Below are positions 1 through 15,000 of a stretch of 64,000 bases of DNA, piece after piece. This DNA is from Eledone cirrhosa (lineage: Eukaryota). The stretch is from assembly GCA_964016885.1 (NCBI GenBank), contig OZ024742.1, positions 370,388,001 through 370,452,000 of the forward strand, read 5' to 3'. The notes under the pieces were generated by a model. The model saw only the letters and a list, made by a program, of their open reading frames with translations, ran no database searches and had not been told where the DNA came from. The first letter of the stretch is position 1. The number at the start of each line of letters is the position of its first letter. The position numbers were made by a program, and so were the translations under genes.

Positions 1-3000
1 AGTGTGGACTGGGTGCCTTTTGTCATGGCACCAGAACGACTACTTTACAGTGTGGACTGGGTGCCTTTTGTCATGGCACCAAAACGACCACTTTACAGTG
101 TGGACTAGGTGCCTTTTGTCATGGCACCAAAACGACCACTTTACAGTGTGGACTGGGTGCCTTTTGTCATGACACCAAAACGACCACTTTACAGTGTGGA
201 CTGGGTGCCTTTTGTCATGACACCAAAACGACCACTTTACAGTGTGGACTGGGTGCCTTTTGTCATGGCACCAAAACGACCACTTTACAGTGTGGACTGG
301 GTGCCTTTTGTCATGGCACCAAAACGACCACTTTACAGTGTGGACTGGGTGCCTTTTGTCATGGCACCAGAACGACCACTTCACAGTGTGGACTGGGTGC
401 CTTTTGTCATGGCACCAAAACGTCCACTTTACAGTGTGGACTGGGTGCCTTTTGTCATGACACCAAAACGACCACTTTACAGTGTGGACTGGGTGCCTTT
501 TGTCATGACACCAAAACGGCCACTTTACAGTGTGGACTGGGTGCCTTTTGTCATGGCACCAAAACGACCACGTTACAGTGTGGGCTGGGTGCCTTTTGTC
601 ATGGCACCAAAACGACCACTTTACAGTGTGGACTGGGTGCCTTTTGTCATGGCACCAAAACGACCACTTTACAGTGTGGACTGGGTGCCTTTTGTCATGA
701 CACCAAAACAAACACTTTACAGTGTGGACTGGGTGCCTTTTGTCATGGCACCAAAACGACCACTTTACAGTGTGGAGTGGGTGCCTTTTGTCATGGCACC
801 AAAACGACCACTTAACAGTGTGGACTTAGTGCCTTTTGTCGTGAAACCAAAACGACCACTTTACAGTGTGGACTGGGTGCCTTTTGTCATGGCACCAAAA
901 CGACCACTTTACAGTGTGGACTGGGTGCCTTTTGACATGACACCAAATCGACCACTTTACAGTGTGGACTGGGTGCCTTTTGACATGACACCAAAACGAC
1001 CACTTTACAGTGTGGACTGGGTGCTTTTTGACATGACACCAAAACGACCACTTTACAGTGTGGACTGTGTGCCTTTTGTCATGACACCAAAACGACCACT
1101 TTACACTATGGACTGTGTGCCTTTTGTCATGACACCAAAACGACCACTTTACACTATGGACTGTGTGCCTTTTGTCATGACACCAAAACGACCACTTTAC
1201 ACTATGGACTGGGTGCCTTTTGTCATGGCACCAAAACGACCACTTTACAGTGTGGACTGGGTGCCTTTTGTCATGGCACCAAAACGACCACTTTACAGTA
1301 TGGACTGGGTGCCTTTTGTCATGACACCAAAACGAACACATTACAGTGTGGACTGGGTGCCTTTTGTCATGGCACCAAAACGACCACTTTACAGTGTGGA
1401 CTGGGTGCCTTTTGTCATGGCACCAAAACGACCACTTTACAGTGTGGACTGGGTGCCTTTTGTCATGGCACCAAAACGAACACTTTATAGTGTGGACTGC
1501 GTGCCTTTTGTCATGGCACCAAAACGACTACTTTACAGTGTGGACTGGGTGCCTTTTGTCATGGCACCAAAACGACCACTTTACAGTGTGGACTGGGTGC
1601 CTTTTGTCATGGCACCAAAACGACCACTTTACAGTGTGGACTGGGTGCCTTTTGACATGACACCAAAACGACCACTTTACAGTGTGGACTGGGTGCCTTT
1701 TGACATGACACCAAAACGACCACTTTACAGTGTGGACTGGGTACCTTTTGACATGACACCAAAACGACCACTTTACAGTGTGGACTGGGTGCCTTTTGTC
1801 ATGACACCAAAACGACCACTTTACACTATGGACTGTGTGCCTTTTGTCATGACACCAAAACGACCACTTTACACTATGGACTGTGTGCCTTTTGTCATGA
1901 CACCAAAACGACCACTTTACACTATGGACTGGGTGCCTTTTGTCATGGCACCAAAACGACCACTTTACAGTGTGGACTGGGTGCCTTTTGTCATGGCACC
2001 AAATCGACCACTTTACAGTATGGACTGGGTGCCTTTTGTCATGACACCAAAACGAACACATTACAGTGTGGACAGGGTGCCTTTTGTCATGGCACCAAAA
2101 CGACCACTTTACAGTGTGGACTGGGTGCCTTTTGTCATGGCACCAAAACGACCACTTTACAGTGTGGACTGGGTGCCTTTTGTCATGGCACCAAAACGAA
2201 CACTTTATAGTGTGGACTGCGTGCCTTTTGTCATGGCACCAAAACGACTACATTACAGTGTGGACTGGGTGCCTTTTGTCATGGCACCAAAACGACCACT
2301 TTACAGTGTGGACTGGGTGCCTTTTGTCAATGTCACCTAAACGACCACTTTACAGTGTGGACTGGGTGCCTTTTGTCATGGCACCAAAACGGCTACTTTA
2401 CAGTGTGGTCTGTGTGCCTTTTGTCATGACACCAAAACGACTACTTTACAGTGTGGACTGGGTGTCTTTTGTCATGGCACCAAAACGACTACTTTACAGT
2501 GTGGTCTGTGTGCCTTTTGTCATGGCACCAAAACGACTACTTTACAGTGTGGACTGGGTGCCTTTTGTCATGGCACCAAAACGACCAATTTACAGTGTGG
2601 ACTGGGTGCCTTTTGTCATGGCACCAAAACGACCACTTTACAGTGTGGTCTGGGTGCCTTTTGTCATGGCACCAAAACGACACTTTACAGTGTGGACTGG
2701 GTACCGTTTGTCATGGCACCAAAACGACCACTTTACAGTGTGGACTGGGTACCGTTTGTCATGACACCAAAACGACCACTTTACAGTGTGGACTGGGTAC
2801 CGTTTGTCATGGCACCAAAACGACCACTTTACAGTGTGGACTGGGTGCCTTTTGTCATGGCACCAAAACGACCACTTTACAGTATGGACTGGGTGCCTTT
2901 TGTCATGACACCAAAACGAACACATTACAGTGTGGACTGGGTGCCTTTTGTCATGGCACCAAAACGACCACTTTACAGTGTGGACTGGGTGCCTTTTGTC

Positions 3001-6000
3001 ATGGCACCAAAACGACCACTTTACAGTGTGGACTGGGTGCCTTTTGTCATGGCACCAAAACGAACACTTTATAGTGTGGACTGCGTGCCTTTTGTCATGG
3101 CACCAAAACGACTACTTTACAGTGTGGACTGGGTGCCTTTTGTCATGGCACCAAAACGACCACTTTACAGTGTGGACTGGATGCCTTTTGTCAATGTCAC
3201 CTAAACGACCACTTTACAGTGTGGACTGGGTGCCTTTTGTCATGGCACCAAAACGACTACTTTACAGTGTGGTCTGTGTGCCTTTTGTCATGACACCAAA
3301 ACGACTACTTTACAGTGTGGACTGGGTGTCTTTTGTCATGGCACCAAAACGACTACTTTACAGTGTGGTCTGTGTGCCTTTTGTCATGGCACCAAAACGA
3401 CTACTTTACAGTGTGGACTGGGTGCCTTTTGTCATGGCACCAAAACGACCACTTTACAGTGTGGACTGGGTGCCTTTTGTCATGGCACCAAAACGACCTC
3501 TTTACAGTGTGGTCTGGGTGCCTTTTGTCATGGCACCAAAACGACACTTTACAGTGTGGACTGGGTACCGTTTGTCATGGCACCAAAACGACCACTTTAC
3601 AGTGTGGACTGGGTACCGTTTGTCATGACACCAAAACGACCACTTTACAGTGTGGACTGGGTACCGTTTGTCATGGCACCAAAACGACCACTTTACAGTG
3701 TGGACTGGGTGCCTTTTGTCATGGCACCAAAACGACCACTTTACAGTGTGGACTGGGTACCGTTTGTCATGGCACCAAAACGACCACTTTACAGTGTGGA
3801 CTGGGTGTCTTTTGTCATGGCACCAAAACGACTACTTTACAGTGTGGACTGGGTGCCTTTTGTCATGGCACCAAAACGACCACTTTACAGTGTGGACTGG
3901 GTGCCTTTTGTCATGGCACCAAAACGACCACTTTACAGTGTGGTCTGGGTGCCTTTTGTCATGGCACCAAAACGACACTTTACAGTGTGGACTGGGTACC
4001 GTTTGTCATGGCACCAAAACGACCACTTTACAGTGTGGACTGGGTACCGTTTGTCATGACACCAAAACGACCACTTTACAGTGTGGACTGGGTACCGTTT
4101 GTCATGGCACCAAAACGACCACTTTACAGTGTGGACTGGGTGCCTTTTGTCATGACACCGAAACGAACACATTACAGTGTGGACTGGGTGCCTTTTGTCA
4201 TGGCACCAAAACGACCACTTTACAGTGTGGACTGGGTGCCTTTTGTCATGGCACCAAAACGACCACTTTACAGTGTGGACTGGGTGCCTTTTGTCATGGC
4301 ACCAAAACGAACACTTTATAGTGTGGACTGCGTGCCTTTTGTCATGGCACCAAAACGACTACTTTACAGTGTGGACTGGGTGCCTTTTGTCATGGCACCA
4401 AAACGACCACTTTACAGTGTGGACTGGGTGCCTTTTGTCAATGTCACCTAAACGACCACTTTACAGTGTGGACTGGGTGCCTTTTGTCATGGCACCAAAA
4501 CGACTACTTTACAGTGTGGTCTGTGTGCCTTTTGTCATGACACCAAAACGACTACTTTACAGTGTGGACTGGGTGTCTTTTGTCATGGCACCAAAACGAC
4601 TACTTTACAGTGTGGTCTGTGTGCCTTTTGTCATGGCACCAAAACGACTACTTTACAGTGTGGACTGGGTGCCTTTTGTCATGGCACCAAAATGACCACT
4701 TTACAGTGTGGACTGGGTGCCTTTTGTCATGGCACCAAAACGACCACTTTACAGTGTGGTCTGGGTGCCTTTTGTCATGGCACCAAAACGACACTTTACA
4801 GTGTGGACTGGGTACCGTTTGTCATGGCACCAAAACGACCACTTTACAGTGTGGACTGGGTACCGTTTGTCATGACACCAAAACGACCACTTTACAGTGT
4901 GGACTGGGTACCGTTTGTCATGGCACCAAAACGACCACTTTACAGTGTGGACTGGGTGCCTTTTGTCATGGCACCAAAACGACCACTTTACAGTGTGGAC
5001 TGGGTACCGTTTGTCATGGCACCAATACGACCACTTTACAGTGTGGACTGGGTGCCTTTTGTCATGGCACCAAAACGACCTCTTTACAGTGTGGACTTAG
5101 TGCCTTTTGTCATGACACCAAAACGACCACTTTACAGTGTGGACTGGGTGCCTTTTGTCATGACACCAAAACGACCACTTTACAGTGTGGGCTGGGTGCC
5201 TTTTGTCAGGGCACAAAAACGACCACTTTACAGTGTGGACTGGGTGCCTTTTGACATGACACCAAAACGACCACTTTACAGTGTGGTCTGGGTGCCTTTT
5301 GTCATGGCACCAAAACGACCACTTTACACTATGGACTGTGTGCCTTTTGTCATGACACCAAAACGACCACTTTACACTATGGACTGGGTTCCTTTTGTCA
5401 TGGCACCAAAACGACCACTTTACAGTGTGGACTGGGTGCCTTTTGTCATGGCACCAAAACGACCACTTTACAGTATGGACTGGGTGCCTTTTGTCATGAC
5501 ACCAAAACGAACACATTACAGTGTGGACTGGGTGCCTTTTGTCATGGCACCAAAACGACTACTTTACAGTGTGGACTGGGTGCCTTTTGTCATGACACCA
5601 AAACGAACACATTACAGTGTGGACTGGGTGCCTTTTGTCATGGCACCAAAACGACCACTTTACAGTGTGGACTGGCTGCCTTTTGTCATGGCACCAAAAC
5701 GAACATATTACAGTGTGGACTGGGTGCCTTTTGTCATGGCACCAAAACGACCACTTTACAGTATGGACTGGGTGCCTTTTGTCATGACACCAAAACGAAC
5801 ACATTACAGTGTGGTCTGGGTGCCTTTTGTCATGGCACCAAAACGACCACTTTACAGTATGGACTGGGTGCCTTTTGTCATGACACCAAAACGAACACAT
5901 TACAGTGTGGACTGGGTGCCTTTTGTCATGGTACCAAAACGACCACTTTACAGTGTGGACTGGCTGCCTTTTGTCATGGCACCAAAACGACCACTTTACA

Positions 6001-9000
6001 GTATGGACTGGGCGCCTTTTGTCATGACACCAAAACGAACACTTTACAGTGTGGACTGGGTGCCTTTTGTCATGGCACCAAAACGACCACTTTACAGTGT
6101 GGACTGGGTGCCTTTTGTCATGGCACCAAAACGACTACTTTACAGTGTGGTCTGTGTGCCTTTTGTCATGACACCAAAACGACTAATTTACAGTGTGGTC
6201 TGTGTGCCTTTTGTCATGACACCAAAACGACTACTTTACAGTGTGGACTGGGTGCCTTTTGTCATGGCACCAAAACGACTACTTTACAGTGTGGACTGGG
6301 TGCCTTTTGTCATGGCACCAAAACGACCACTTTACAGTGTGGACTGGGTGCCTTTTGTCATGGCACCAAAACGACCACTTTACAGTGTGGACTGGGTGCC
6401 TTTTGTCATGGCACCAAAACGACCACTTTACAGTGTGGACTGGGTACCGTTTGTCATGGCACCAAAACGACCACTTTACAGTGTGGACTGGGTGCCTTTT
6501 GTCATGGCACCAAATCGACCACTTTACAGTGTGGACTGGGTGCCTTTTGTAATGGCACCAAAACGACCACTTTACAGTGTGGACTGGGTGCCTTTTGTCA
6601 TGGCACCAAAACGACCACTTTACAGTGTGGACTGGGTACCGTTTATCATGGCACCAAAACGACCACTTTACAGTGTGGACTGGGTACCGTTTGTCATGGC
6701 ACCAAAACGACCACTTTACAGTGTGGACTGGGTGCCTTTTGTCATGGCACCAAAACGACCACTTTACAGTGTGGACTGGGTGCCTTTTGTAATGGCACCA
6801 AAACGACTACTTTACAGTGTGGACTGGGTGCCTTTTGTCATGGCACCAAAACGACCACTTTACAATATGGACTGGGTGCCTTTTGTCATGACACCAAAAC
6901 GAACACATTACAGTGTGGACTGGGTGCCTTTTGTCATGGCACCAAAACGACCACTTTACAGTGTGGACTGGGTGCCTTTTGTCATGGCACCAAAACGACT
7001 ACTTTACAGTGTGGACTGGGTGCCTTTTGTCATGGCACCAAAACGACCACTTTACAGTGTGGTCTGGGTGCCTTTTGTCATGGCACCAAAACGACCACTT
7101 TACAGTGTGGACTGGGTGCCTTTTGTCATGGCACCAAAACGACTACTTTACAGTGTGGACTGGGTGCCTTTTGTCATGGCACCAAAACGACCACTTTACA
7201 GTGTGGACTGGGTGCCTTTTGTCATGGCACCAAAACGACTACTTTAGAGTGTGGTCTGTGTGCCTTTTGTCATGACACCAAAACGACTACTTTACAGTGT
7301 GGACTGGGTGCCTTTTGTCATGGCACCAAAACGACTACTTTACAGTGTGGTCTGTGTGCATTTTGTCATGGCACCAAAACGACTACTTTACAGTGTGTAC
7401 TGGGTGCCTTTTATCATGGCACCAAAACGACCACTTTACAGTGTGGACTGGGTGCCATATGTCATGGCACCACAACGGCCACTTTACAGTGTGGACTGGG
7501 TGCCGTTTGTCATGGCACCAAAACGACTACTTTACAATGTGGACTGGGTACCGTTTGTCATGGCACCTAAACGACCACTTTACAGTGTGGACTGGGTACC
7601 GTTTGTCATGACACCAAAACGACCACTTTACAGTGTGGACTGGGTACCGTTTGTCATGGCACCAAAACGACCACTTTACAGTGTGGACTGGGTGCCTTTT
7701 GTCATGGCACCAAAACGACCACTGTACAGTGTGGACTGGGTACCGTTTGTCATGGCACCAAAACGACCACTTTACAGTGTGGACTGGGTGCCTTTTGTCA
7801 TGGCACCAAATCGACCACTTTACAGTGTGGACTGGGTGCCTTTTGTAATGGCACCAAAACGACCACTTTACAGTGTGGACTGGGTGCCTTTTGTCATGGC
7901 ACCAAAACTACCACTTTACAGTGTGGACTGGGTACCTTTTGTCATGGCACCAAAACGACCACTTCACAGTGTGGACTGGGTGCCTTTTGTCATGGCACCA
8001 AAACGACCACTTTACAGTGTGGACTGGGTGCCTTTTGTAATGGCACCAAAACGACTACTTTACAGTGTGGACTGGGTACCGTTTGTCATGGCACCAAAAC
8101 GACCACTTTACAGTGTGGACTGGGTACCGTTTGTCATGACACCAAAACGACCACTTTACAGTGTGGACTGGGTACCGTTTGTCATGGCACCAAAACGACC
8201 ACTTTACAGTGTGGACTGGGTGGCTTTTGTCATGGCACCAAAACGACCACTTTACAGTGTGGACTGGGTGCCTTTTGTCATGGCACCAAAACGACCACTT
8301 TACAGTGTGGTCTGGGTGCCTTTGTCATGGCTACCAAAACGACCACTTTACAGTGTGGACTGGGTACCGTTTGTCATGGCACCAAAACGACCACTTTACA
8401 GTGTGGACTGGGTACCGTTTGTCATGACACCAAAACGACCACTTTACAGTGTGGACTGGGTACCGTTTGTCATGGCACCAAAACGACCACTTTACAGTGT
8501 GGACTGGGTGCCTTTCGTCATGGCACCAAAACGACCACTTTACAGTATGGACTGGGTGCCTTTTGTCATGACACCAAAACGAACACATTACAGTGTGGAC
8601 TGGGTGCCTTTTGTCATGGCACCAAAACGACTACTTTACAGTGTGGACTGGGTGCCTTTTGTCATGACACCAAAACGAACACATTACAGTGTGGACTGGG
8701 TGCCTTTTGTCATGGCACCAAAACGACCACTTTACAGTGTGGACTGGCTGCCTTTTGTCATGGCACCAAAACGAACATATTACAGTGTGGACTGGGTGCC
8801 TTTTGTCATGGCACCAAAACGACCACTTTACAGTATGGACTGGGTGCCTTTTGTCATGACACCAAAACGAACACATTACAGTGTGGACTGGGTGCCTTTT
8901 GTCATGGCACCAAAACGACCACTTTACAGTATGGACTGGGTGCCTTTTGTCATGACACCAAAACGAACACATTACAGTGTGGACTGGGTGCCTTTTGTCA

Positions 9001-12000
9001 TGGCACCAAAACGACCACTTTACAGTGTGGACTGGCTGCCTTTTGTCATGGCACCAAAACGACCACTTTACAGTATGGACTGGGCGCCTTTTGTCATGAC
9101 ACCAAAACGAACACTTTACAGTGTGGACTGGGTGCCTTTTGTCATGGCACCAAAACGACCACTTTACAGTGTGGACTGGGTGCCTTTTGTCATGGCACCA
9201 AAACGACTACTTTACAGTGTGGTCTGTGTGCCTTTTGTCATGACACCAAAACGACTACTTTACAGTGTGGTCTGTGTGCCTTTTGTCATGACACCAAAAC
9301 GACTACTTTACAGTGTGGACTGGGTGCCTTTTGTCATGGCACCAAAACGACTACTTTACAGTGTGGACTGGGTGCCTTTTGTCATGGCACCAAAACGACC
9401 ACTTTACAGTGTGGACTGGGTGCCTTTTGTCATGGCACCAAAACGACCAATTTACAGTGTGGACTGGGTGCCTTTTGTCATGGCACCAAAACGACCACTT
9501 TACAGTGTGGACTGGGTACCGTTTGTCATGGCACCAAAACGACCACTTTACAGTGTGGAGTGGGTGCCTTTTGTCATGGCACCAAATCGACCACTTTACA
9601 GTGTGGACTGGGTGCCTTTTGTAATGGCACCAAAACGACCACTTTACAGTGTGGACTGGGTGCCTTTTGTCATGGCACCAAAACGACCACTTTACAGTGT
9701 GGACTGGGTACCGTTTATCATGGCACCAAAACGACCACTTTACAGTGTGGACTGGGTACCGTTTGTCATGGCACCAAAACGACCACTTTACAGTGTGGAC
9801 TGGGTGCCTTTTGTCATGGCACCAAAACGACCACTTTACAGTGTGGACTGGGTGCCTTTTGTAATGGCACCAAAACGACTACTTTACAGTGTGGACTGGG
9901 TGCCTTTTGTCATGGCACCAAAACGACCACTTTACAGTATGGACTGGGTGCCTTTTGTCATGACACCAAAACGAACACATTACAGTGAGGACTGGGTGCC
10001 TTTTGTCATGGCACCAAAACGACCACTTTACAGTGTGGACTGGGTGCCTTTTGTCATGGCACCAAAACGACTACTTTACAGTGTGGACTGGGTGCCTTTT
10101 GTCATGGCACCAAAACGACCACTTTACAGTGTGGTCTGGGTGCCTTTTGTCATGGCACCAAAACGACCACTTTACAGTGTGGACTGGGTGCCTTTTGTCA
10201 TGGCACCAAAACGACAACTTTACAGTGTGGACTGGGTGCCTTTTGTCATGGCACCAAAACGACCACTTTACAGTGTGGACTGGGTGCCTTTTGTCATGGC
10301 ACCAAAACGACTACTTTAGAGTGTGGTCTGTGTGCCTTTTGTCATGACACCAAAACGACTACTTTACAGTGTGGACTGGGTGCCTTTTGTCATGGCACCA
10401 AAACGACTACTTTACAGTGTGGTCTGTGTGCCTTTTGTCATGGCACCAAAACGACTACTTTACAGTGTGGACTGGGTGCCTTTTATCATGGCACCAAAAC
10501 GACCACTTTACAGTGTGGACTGGGTGCCATATGTCATGGCACCACAACGGCCACTTTACAGTGTGGACTGGGTGCCGTTTGTCATGGCACCAAAACGACT
10601 ACTTTACAATGTGGACTGGGTACCGTTTGTCATGGTACCAAAACGACCACTTTACAGTGTGGACTGGGTACCGTTTGTCATGACACCAAAACGACCACTT
10701 TACAGTGTGGACTGGGTACCGTTTGTCATGGCACCAAAACGACCACTTTACAGTGTGGACTGGGTGCCTTTTGTCATGGCACCAAAACGACCACTGTACA
10801 GTGTGGACTGGGTACCGTTTGTCATGGCACCAAAACGACCACTTTACAGTGTGGACTGGGTGCCTTTTGTCATGGCACCAAATCGACCACTTTACAGTGT
10901 GGACTGGGAGCCTTTTGTAATGGCACCAAAACGACCACTTTACAGTGTGGACTGGGTGCCTTTTGTCATGGCACCAAAACTACCACTTTACAGTGTGGAC
11001 TGGGTACCGTTTGTCATGGCACCAAAACGACCACTTCACAGTGTGGACTGGGTGCCTTTTGTCATGGCACCAAAACGACCACTTTACAGTGTGGACTGGG
11101 TGCCTTTTGTAATGGCACCAAAACGACTACTTTACAGTGTGGACTGGGTACCGTTTGTCATGGCACCAAAACGACCACTTTACAGTGTGGACTGGGTACC
11201 GTTTGTCATGACACCAAAACGACCACTTTACAGTGTGGACTGGGTACCGTTTGTCATGGCACCAAAACGACCACTTTACAGTGTGGACTGGGTGCCTTTT
11301 GTCATGGCACCAAAACGACCACTTTACAGTGTGGACTGGGTGCCTTTTGTCATGACACCAAAACGACCACTTTACAGTGTGGTCTGGGTGCCTTTTGTCA
11401 TGGCTACCAAAACGACCACTTTACAGTGTGGACTGGGTACCGTTTGTCATGGCACCAAAACGACCACTTTACAGTGTGGACTGGGTACCGTTTGTCATGA
11501 CACCAAAACGACCACTTTACAGTGTGGACTGGGTACCGTTTGTCATGGCACCAAAACGACCACTTTACAGTGTGGACTGGGTGCCTTTTGTCATGGCACC
11601 AAAACGACCACTTTACAGTGTGGACTGGGTGCCTTTTGTCATGACACCAAAACGACCTCTTTACAGTGTGGTCTGGGTGCCTTTTGTTATGGCTACCAAA
11701 ACGACCACTTTACAGTGTGGACTGGGTACCGTTTGTCATGGCACCAAAACGACCACTTTACAGTGTGGACTGGGTACCGTTTGTCATGACACCAAAACGA
11801 CCACTTTACAGTGTGGACTGCGTACCGTTTGTCATGGCACCAAAACGACCACTTTACAGTGTGGACTGGGTGTCTTTTGTCATGGCACCAAAACGACTGC
11901 TTTACTGTGTGGTCTGTGTGCCTTTTGTCATGGCACCAAACGACTACTTTACAGTGTGGACTGGGTGCCTTTTGTCATGGCACCAAAACGACCACTTTAC

Positions 12001-15000
12001 AGTGTGGACTGGGTGCCTTTTGTCATGGCACCAAAACGACCACTTTACAGTGTGGACTGGGTGCCTTTTGTCATGGCACCAAAACGACACTTTACAGTGT
12101 GGACTGGGTACCGTTTGTCATGGCACCTAAACGACCACTTTACAGTGTGGACTGGGTACCGTTTGTCATGACACCAAAACGACCACTTTACAGTGTGGAC
12201 TGGGTACCGTTTGTCATGGCACCAAAACGACCACTTTACAGTGTGGACTGGGTGCCTTTTGTCATGGCACCAAAACGACCACTTTACAGTGTGGACTGGG
12301 TACCGTTTGTCATGGCACCAAAACGACCACTTTACAGTGTGGACTGTGTGCCTTTTGTCATGGCACCAAATCGACCACTTTACAGTGTGGACTGGGTGCC
12401 TTTTGTAATGGCACCAAAACGACCACTTTACAGTGTGGGCTGGGTGCCTTTTGTCATGGCACCAAAACGACCACTTTACAGTGTGGACTGGGTGCCTTTT
12501 GTCATGGCACCAAAACGACCACTTTACAGTGTGGACTGGGTGCCTTTTGTCATGACACCAAAACGACCACTTTACAGTGTGGACTGGGTGCCTTTTGTCA
12601 TGGCACCAAAACGACCACTTTACAGTGTGGACTGGGTGCCTTTTGACATGACACCAAAACGACCACTTTACAGTGTGGACTGGGTGCCTTTTGACATGAC
12701 ACCAAAACGACCACTTTACAGTGTGGACTGGGTGCCTTTTGTCATGACACCAAAACGACCACTTTAAACTATGGACTGTGTGCCTTTTGTCATGACACCA
12801 AAACGACCACTTTACACTATGGACTGGGTGCCTTTTGTCATGGCACCAAAACGACCACTTTACAGTGTGGACTGGGTGCCTTTTGTCATGGCACCAAAAC
12901 GACCACTTTACAGTATGGACTGGGTGCCTTTTGTCATGACACCAAAACGAACACATTACAGTGTGGACTGGGTGCCTTTTGTCATGGCACCAAAACGACT
13001 ACTTTACAGTGTGGACTGGGTGCCTTTTGTCATGACACCAAAACGAACACATTACAGTGTGGACTGGGTGCCTTTTGTCATGGCACCAATACGACCACTT
13101 TACAGTGTGGACTGGCTGCCTTTTGTCATGGCACCAAAACGAACACATTACAGTGTGGACTGGGTGCCTTTTGTCATGGCACCAAAACGACCACTTTACA
13201 GTATGGACTGGGTGCCTTTTGTCATGACACCAAAACGAACACATTACAGTGTGGACTGGGTGCCTTTTGTCATGGCACCAAAACGACCACTTTACAGTAT
13301 GGACTGGGTGCCTTTTGTCATGACACCAAAACGAACACATTACAGTGTGGGCTGGGTGCCTTTTGTCATGGCACCAAAACGACCACTTTACAGTGTGGAC
13401 TGGCTGCCTTTTGTCATGGCACCAAAACGACCACTTTACAGTATGGACTGGGTGCATTTTGTCATGACACCAAAACGAACACTTTACAGTGTGGACTGCG
13501 TGCCTTTTGTCATGGCACCAAAACGACCACTTTACAGTGTGGACTGGGTGCCTTTTGTCATGGCACCAAAACGACTACTTTACAGTGTGGTCTGTGTGCC
13601 TTTTGTCATGACACCAAAACGACTACTTTACAGTGTGGACTGGGTGCCTTTTGTCATGGCACCAAAACGACTACTTTACAGTGTGGCCTGTGTGCCTTTT
13701 GTCATGGCACCAAAACGACTACTTTACAGTGTGGACTGGGTGCCTTTTGTGATGGCACCAAAACGACCACTTTACAGTGTGGACTGGGTACCGTTTGTCA
13801 TGGCACCAAAACGACCACTTTACAGTGTGGACTGGGTGCCTTTTGTCATGGCACCAAAACGACCACTTTACAGTGTAGACTGGGTGCCTTTTGTAATGGC
13901 ACCAAAACGACCACTTTACAGTGTGGACTGGGTGCCTTTTGTCATGGCACCAAAACGACCACTTTACAGTGTGGACTGGGTACCGTTTGTCATGGCACCA
14001 AAACGACCACTTTACAGTGTGGACTGGGTGCCTTTTGTCATGGCACCAAAACGACCAATTTACAGTGTGGACTGGGTACCGTTTGTCCTGGCACCAAAAC
14101 GACCACTTTACACTATGGACTGTGTGCCTTTTGTCATGACACCAAAACGACCACTTTACACTATGGACTGAGTGCCTTTTGTCATGGCACCAAAACGACC
14201 ACTTTACAGTGTGGACTGGGTGCCTTTTGTCATGGCACCAAAATGACCACTTTACAGTATGGACTGGGTGCCTTTTGTCATGGCACCAAAACGACCACTT
14301 TACAGTGTGGGCTGGGTACCGTTTGTCATGGCACCAAAACGACCACTTTACAGTGTGGACTGGGTGCCTTTTGTCATGGCACCAAATCGACCACTTTACA
14401 GTGTGGACTGGGTGCCTTTTGTAATGGCACCAAAACGACCACTTTACAGTGTGGACTGGGTGCCTTTTGTCATGGCACCAAAACGACCACTTTACAGTGT
14501 GGACTGGGTACCGTTTGTCATGGCACCAAAACGACCACTTTACAGTGTGGACTGGGTGCCTTTTGTCATGGCACCAAAACGACCAATTTACAGTGTGGAC
14601 TGGGTACCGTTTGTCATGGCACCAAAACGACCACTTTACAGTGTGGACTGTGTGCCTTTTGTCATGGCACCAAATCGACCACTTTACAGTGTGGACTGGG
14701 TGCCTTTTGTAATGGCACCAAAACGACCACTTTACAGTGTGGACTGGGTGCCTTTTGTCATGGCACCAAAACGACCACTTTACAGTGTGGAATGGGTGCC
14801 TTTTGTCATGGCACCAAAACGACCACTTTACAGTGTGGACTGGGTGCCTTTTGTCATGGCACCAAAACGACCACTTTACAGTGTGGACTGGGTGCCTTTT
14901 GACATGACACCAAAACGACCACTTTACAGTGTGGACTGGGTGCCTTTTGACATGACACCAAAACGACCACTTTACAGTGTGGACTGGGTGCCTTTTGTCA

